Part shown: positions 59,530-64,000 of the stretch, piece after piece
How positions within the stretch are numbered: position 1 is the stretch's first letter
Layout: every line of letters begins with the position of its first letter
Assembly (NCBI RefSeq): GCF_009914755.1
Contig: NC_060941.1
Direction: 5' to 3' (one strand)
From: the human T2T-CHM13v2.0 reference genome, Homo sapiens
DNA length: 64,000 nucleotides
Made by a program: the position numbers and the translations under genes
The notes under the pieces: model-generated
The model's database searches: none
Seen by the model: the letters and a program-made list of their open reading frames with translations, nothing else
What the model was told of the DNA's origin: nothing

Positions 59530-59960
59530 CTTTTAAAATGTTAAATGTTTTTGAGCAGATATTGCTTACACAGAACTCAGAAGGTACAAATGGGAATACA
59601 ATGTCCCCTCCCACCCCGTCCCCAGCCACTGGATTCCCTCCCAGAGGCAACCATTTTGCCAATTTCACAAGTGTCCTTCCAGAGACATTCTCCGCATACA
59701 CGAGTAATTTTGTATACGTATTCTTTTTTGTTTTTACCTGAATGTTGCATGTTATACACACTGTCTACACCTTGCTTTTTTCATATAATCATCTATCTTA
59801 GAGATGGTTCCATATCAGTACATAAAGAGCATCTTCATTCTTTTTGCATTTGCATAATATCACAAAATGTACCATAACTTATTTAAACCAGTCTTTATTC
59901 TCAGTCTTTAGTTATTACAAATGCTGCTGCAATGAATAATCTTTGAAGGGTGATATTTGG
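59530..59960 (-). mobile_element. Old L1 (L1M-type) fragment, intron 4
   Basis: ccctcccagaggcaacca, tccttccagagacatt, ccttgcttttttca motifs. Confidence 0.65.
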
Positions 59961-60071
59961 CAGAGGCACAAATATATCTATCCTGGAGCTGCTACTGCCC
60001 TCGGTCTCTCCCACCCTGTCTCCTTTCCCACCCGACGCTTTCTCCCTTGGTGCTGAGGAAGACGGGGGTCA

Positions 60072-60958
<887 letters not shown>

Positions 60959-61002
60959 TCACACTACAGATGGGGAGACTGGGGCCCAGAAAAGGGGAAT
61001 GA

Positions 61003-61221
<219 letters not shown>

Positions 61222-63118
61222 GCAGTTAAGTCAGAGCCCGGAACCCAGGGCTTTGGAGCCCAGGCTCCGGAGCACAGGCTCTGCAGCCCAGGCTCTGCTT
61301 TGCCCACTGCCAGGTATCTGGCGTGAAACAAAGTTAACGGAGAAAGAATCACTTTCCTTCACCTGTAGCTCCCACCCCGGCCTGGCAAGCTTTGGTTAGC
61401 CCCACCCCTGGCTTCCTGGCCTCAAGTCACTGAGCTAATGCGGGGCTCTGCTGTCTCCTTCCGGAAGCTGCAGCTAGGTCAATGCCTAGCTTAAAAGACT
61501 CACGAGTTCTTCCACGGTGCTGCTCTGGCAGGGCGAGGGGCTGCCTGGCATCTCAGATCCCACAGGCCAGACCTTTGGGTGGCACTCAAGGCTGGGGTGG
61601 GTTGGTCAGGCTCCCTGATGATCTGATCTGAGCAGGGAAAGCCCTCAGCTTGCTAAGCCCCCACACAGAGAGCCCACCTGGGAAGTCCTGGGATTGGGAG
61701 GAGGGCTCCTCCTGGACTGGGGGAAGGAGGTGGGGTTCCAGGTTAGGAGACTTAGTTGGGCCAGAGGAGATGGCCTTGGCCTTGGCTGGTGGGGTGGGAG
61801 TGGGCAAGACCGTTCAGGGATGTGAGGAGCCCGTAGCCTGGCACACAGTAGAGGAGGTGGGAGGAAAGGAAACAGGGCTGGTGCTCAGAGGAGCGGGTCA
61901 GTGCTGTCAGTGACTCAGGACCACACGCCATTGCAGAGAGGGATGGTGTCCAGGAGGCACAGCTAAGCCATGAGGTCAGGCTGCAGGCCGCACTGTCTGT
62001 CCCAGCTTCACGCCCTGCACTCAACCCTCTTGAGGGTCAGCGCGGGGTCTTCGTGGTTCACCTGTCTCTCCTGCTCTATTGCAAGCCCCTTCTTTTCAGT
62101 TGGCTGATGGGGACACTCGGCAGCCCCCATTTTCCCCAGCACCCTTCAAAGGCCTAAGGGCAGTAGGTTAGCCACCCTCAGCCTGCCCTGCAACACCCAA
62201 CCCTGCCAGGACAGGGGTCTCTACCTCTGTCCACCAGCAGGGTTAGGACAAGGAAGAGGATCGGGAGCCCGGTCTCATCAGCCCCCTCTTTGCATTGCAG
62301 TGGGAATAGCACGGACCTTAGGGTTTGGGTTTCAACGGGAACCTGCTGCATGACCTTGAGGAGGCAACTTAACCTCACCAAGTTCCCAAAAATGGTGGCC
62401 AGGAATTCAGATCTCTGCCTTCTGGGGATGGAAGGGTGGTGTTGGCCTGTCTTGGCCTATGGGAGACGTTCCATTCACCTGCCGCCCCCTGTCTCTCATC
62501 TCCCCTGTGAGGTCAGGGGAGGTTGTAGTGTACACCTGGGGGAGTGACCCGCCCCACCCCCCAGCCCATCCGTGCCTGGCTCTGCCATCTCTTTCCTCTG
62601 CAGCCCCTGCTGGCCTGGTGCCTAGCACTCTGGGTAATCGATTAGTTTAATTAGTGAAAATGCCATTCCCTTCTGCCAGCCCCCAGCCTCGCCAGACCCC
62701 TCCCAGAACTGCAGAGGAAAGTATCCAATTAATTGAGTGGTAGGTTTCTCAGCTCTGGGCCTGGGCTAAGCCCTAATTAAGCTCCAGCGCCCTGGGGTAT
62801 CGCAGATAATGGATTCGCAGAAGTCTGCCTGTGAAATGGGACTTGCGAGGGCACCTCAAGGCCAGGCACCCCAGGAGATCTGCCCGCAGCCAGCACCACC
62901 AGGGGACAGGCCCCCAACTGTTGCATGCATGGCTGGCCGGGGGATGGCACTGAGCCCCCAGCACCACCCCTACACCTGCTGCCTGTATCAGCACCCTCTC
63001 CTCCCCCCACCACCTCCCGCTACTACTGTTCACTCCCTTCCCCACCGTCCAGCCTTCCCCCACCCACCCAACACTTGCACACACTCTATCCCCTTTCCCC
63101 ACGTTCTGCTGCGCACAG

Positions 63119-63228
63119 GAGCCTGGGCCTCAGGCACAGCCTGGGAGAGCACACCGTGGTGGGACATGAAACGGATTCTGGAGGTCTGGTTTGTGGACCA
63201 AGGTTCACTGCTCACCGTGTGGGGAGAG
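63119..63228 (+). CDS. CRHR1: Cryptic/alternative 110-nt exon in intron 4 (matches my recollection of the CRHR1h isoform exon); adds EPGPQAQPGRAHRGGT-stop (TGA 63167-63169)
   Basis: Pyrimidine-rich tract then gcgcacag|GAG acceptor, donor GAG|gtgagt at 63229; length and peptide agree with what I recall for CRHR1h. Confidence 0.8.
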
Positions 63229-64000
63229 GTGAGTGGTGGTTGGACCAGGGCTTCTGAACTGCAGAGGTGCTTTTTCCTAAAACCAAGCTCCGATTCCATG
63301 GGCCTGGCGTAGGGCATACATTCCACTTTCCTCAAGATCTCTGCGTGCTCCTCTGCGTGCTGTTGCTGGGCCAGGGGCCACCCTTTGAGGATCGAGGGGC
63401 TGGAGTGAGTGCCCACTGCAGGGTAAGAGGAGTAGCTCTGGAAGCCTCGGTGGAGAGGACGTGCCAGAATGGAGTGGGCACCAGTGGGGAGCTTGGAAGG
63501 GAGGTCTCATTGCCACCAACCCAGAGAGGCATCAGGACGGATCTGGCACTGCAGCGCCTGGGACGAGGTGGTGTCCTGCAGAGAGTCCAGTCAGAGTCAG
63601 CCGGGCACAAATTGCTTATTCAATTCAGATCACTGAGGGTACAGCGGAGTGGCCTCTGCCAAGTACCACGCTGTGCCACCCTCCTTAGGGCGGGGTGCCT
63701 GCTGGTCTTAGGTCTCCAGACTGGATGGAGATGGAGTGCTGGTCAGGGCCCGAGGGGTAGCTGTGCCCATTTGTCCTTCGGACATCCCAGCTGCTTTGCT
63801 GTTATCGTGGCCATCGGTCGGGGTGTCACTGGCTGTCCCTGGGGGTGCTGCTGACTCTCCTCTCCAGGTATCACTGGCCACCTCTCAGGGTGTTCCTGGG
63901 TGCCTCTTAAGGCCTTGCTGTCTCTCTAAATAATGCTGGCCAGAACTCTGGTTGTTATTGGAAATGTCACAGTGTCACTGGCTTCTGTCTGGGTGTCGCA

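Noticed and set aside
62581-62645. Additional strong-looking acceptor (ctctttcctctgcag at 62603)
   Set aside because: No nearby donor giving a normal-sized exon that I could identify, and the frame stops after 13 codons; such AGs are common.
62888-62915. REST/RE1 site (cagcacc...ggacag)
   Set aside because: Half-site spacing is non-canonical and the flanks match poorly; not supportable without a PWM scan or ChIP data.

Overview
Human genomic DNA containing the 5' part of CRHR1 (corticotropin-releasing hormone receptor 1, a class B1 GPCR; from established knowledge at 17q21.31) on the + strand. About 21 kb of upstream DNA is followed by a CpG-island promoter and coding exons 1-4 (22173-22205, 44643-44730, 54096-54215, 58988-59073). 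These splice at GT-AG junctions into 109 codons covering the signal peptide and most of the extracellular domain; the gene continues past the window. The rest is mostly interspersed repeats (Alu, MIR, L1, L2, hAT/Tigger DNA transposons, LTRs) and microsatellites. Nearly all ORFs in the supplied track are spurious. No prokaryote-type system is present. The most interesting signals are: (1) a 110-nt cryptic exon in intron 4 whose stop codon overlaps an ATG (ATGA) that is back in the receptor frame, so one mRNA could encode a soluble ectodomain plus a headless 7TM receptor; (2) a 10-codon uORF; (3) an in-frame cryptic acceptor in exon 2 that would delete the signal-peptide core; (4) a sense-oriented solo LTR12 with six CCAAT boxes upstream; (5) a hAT transposon carrying an Alu that appears to have captured older foreign DNA. 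Repeat subfamily names, isoform names and SNP IDs are from memory and need checking.
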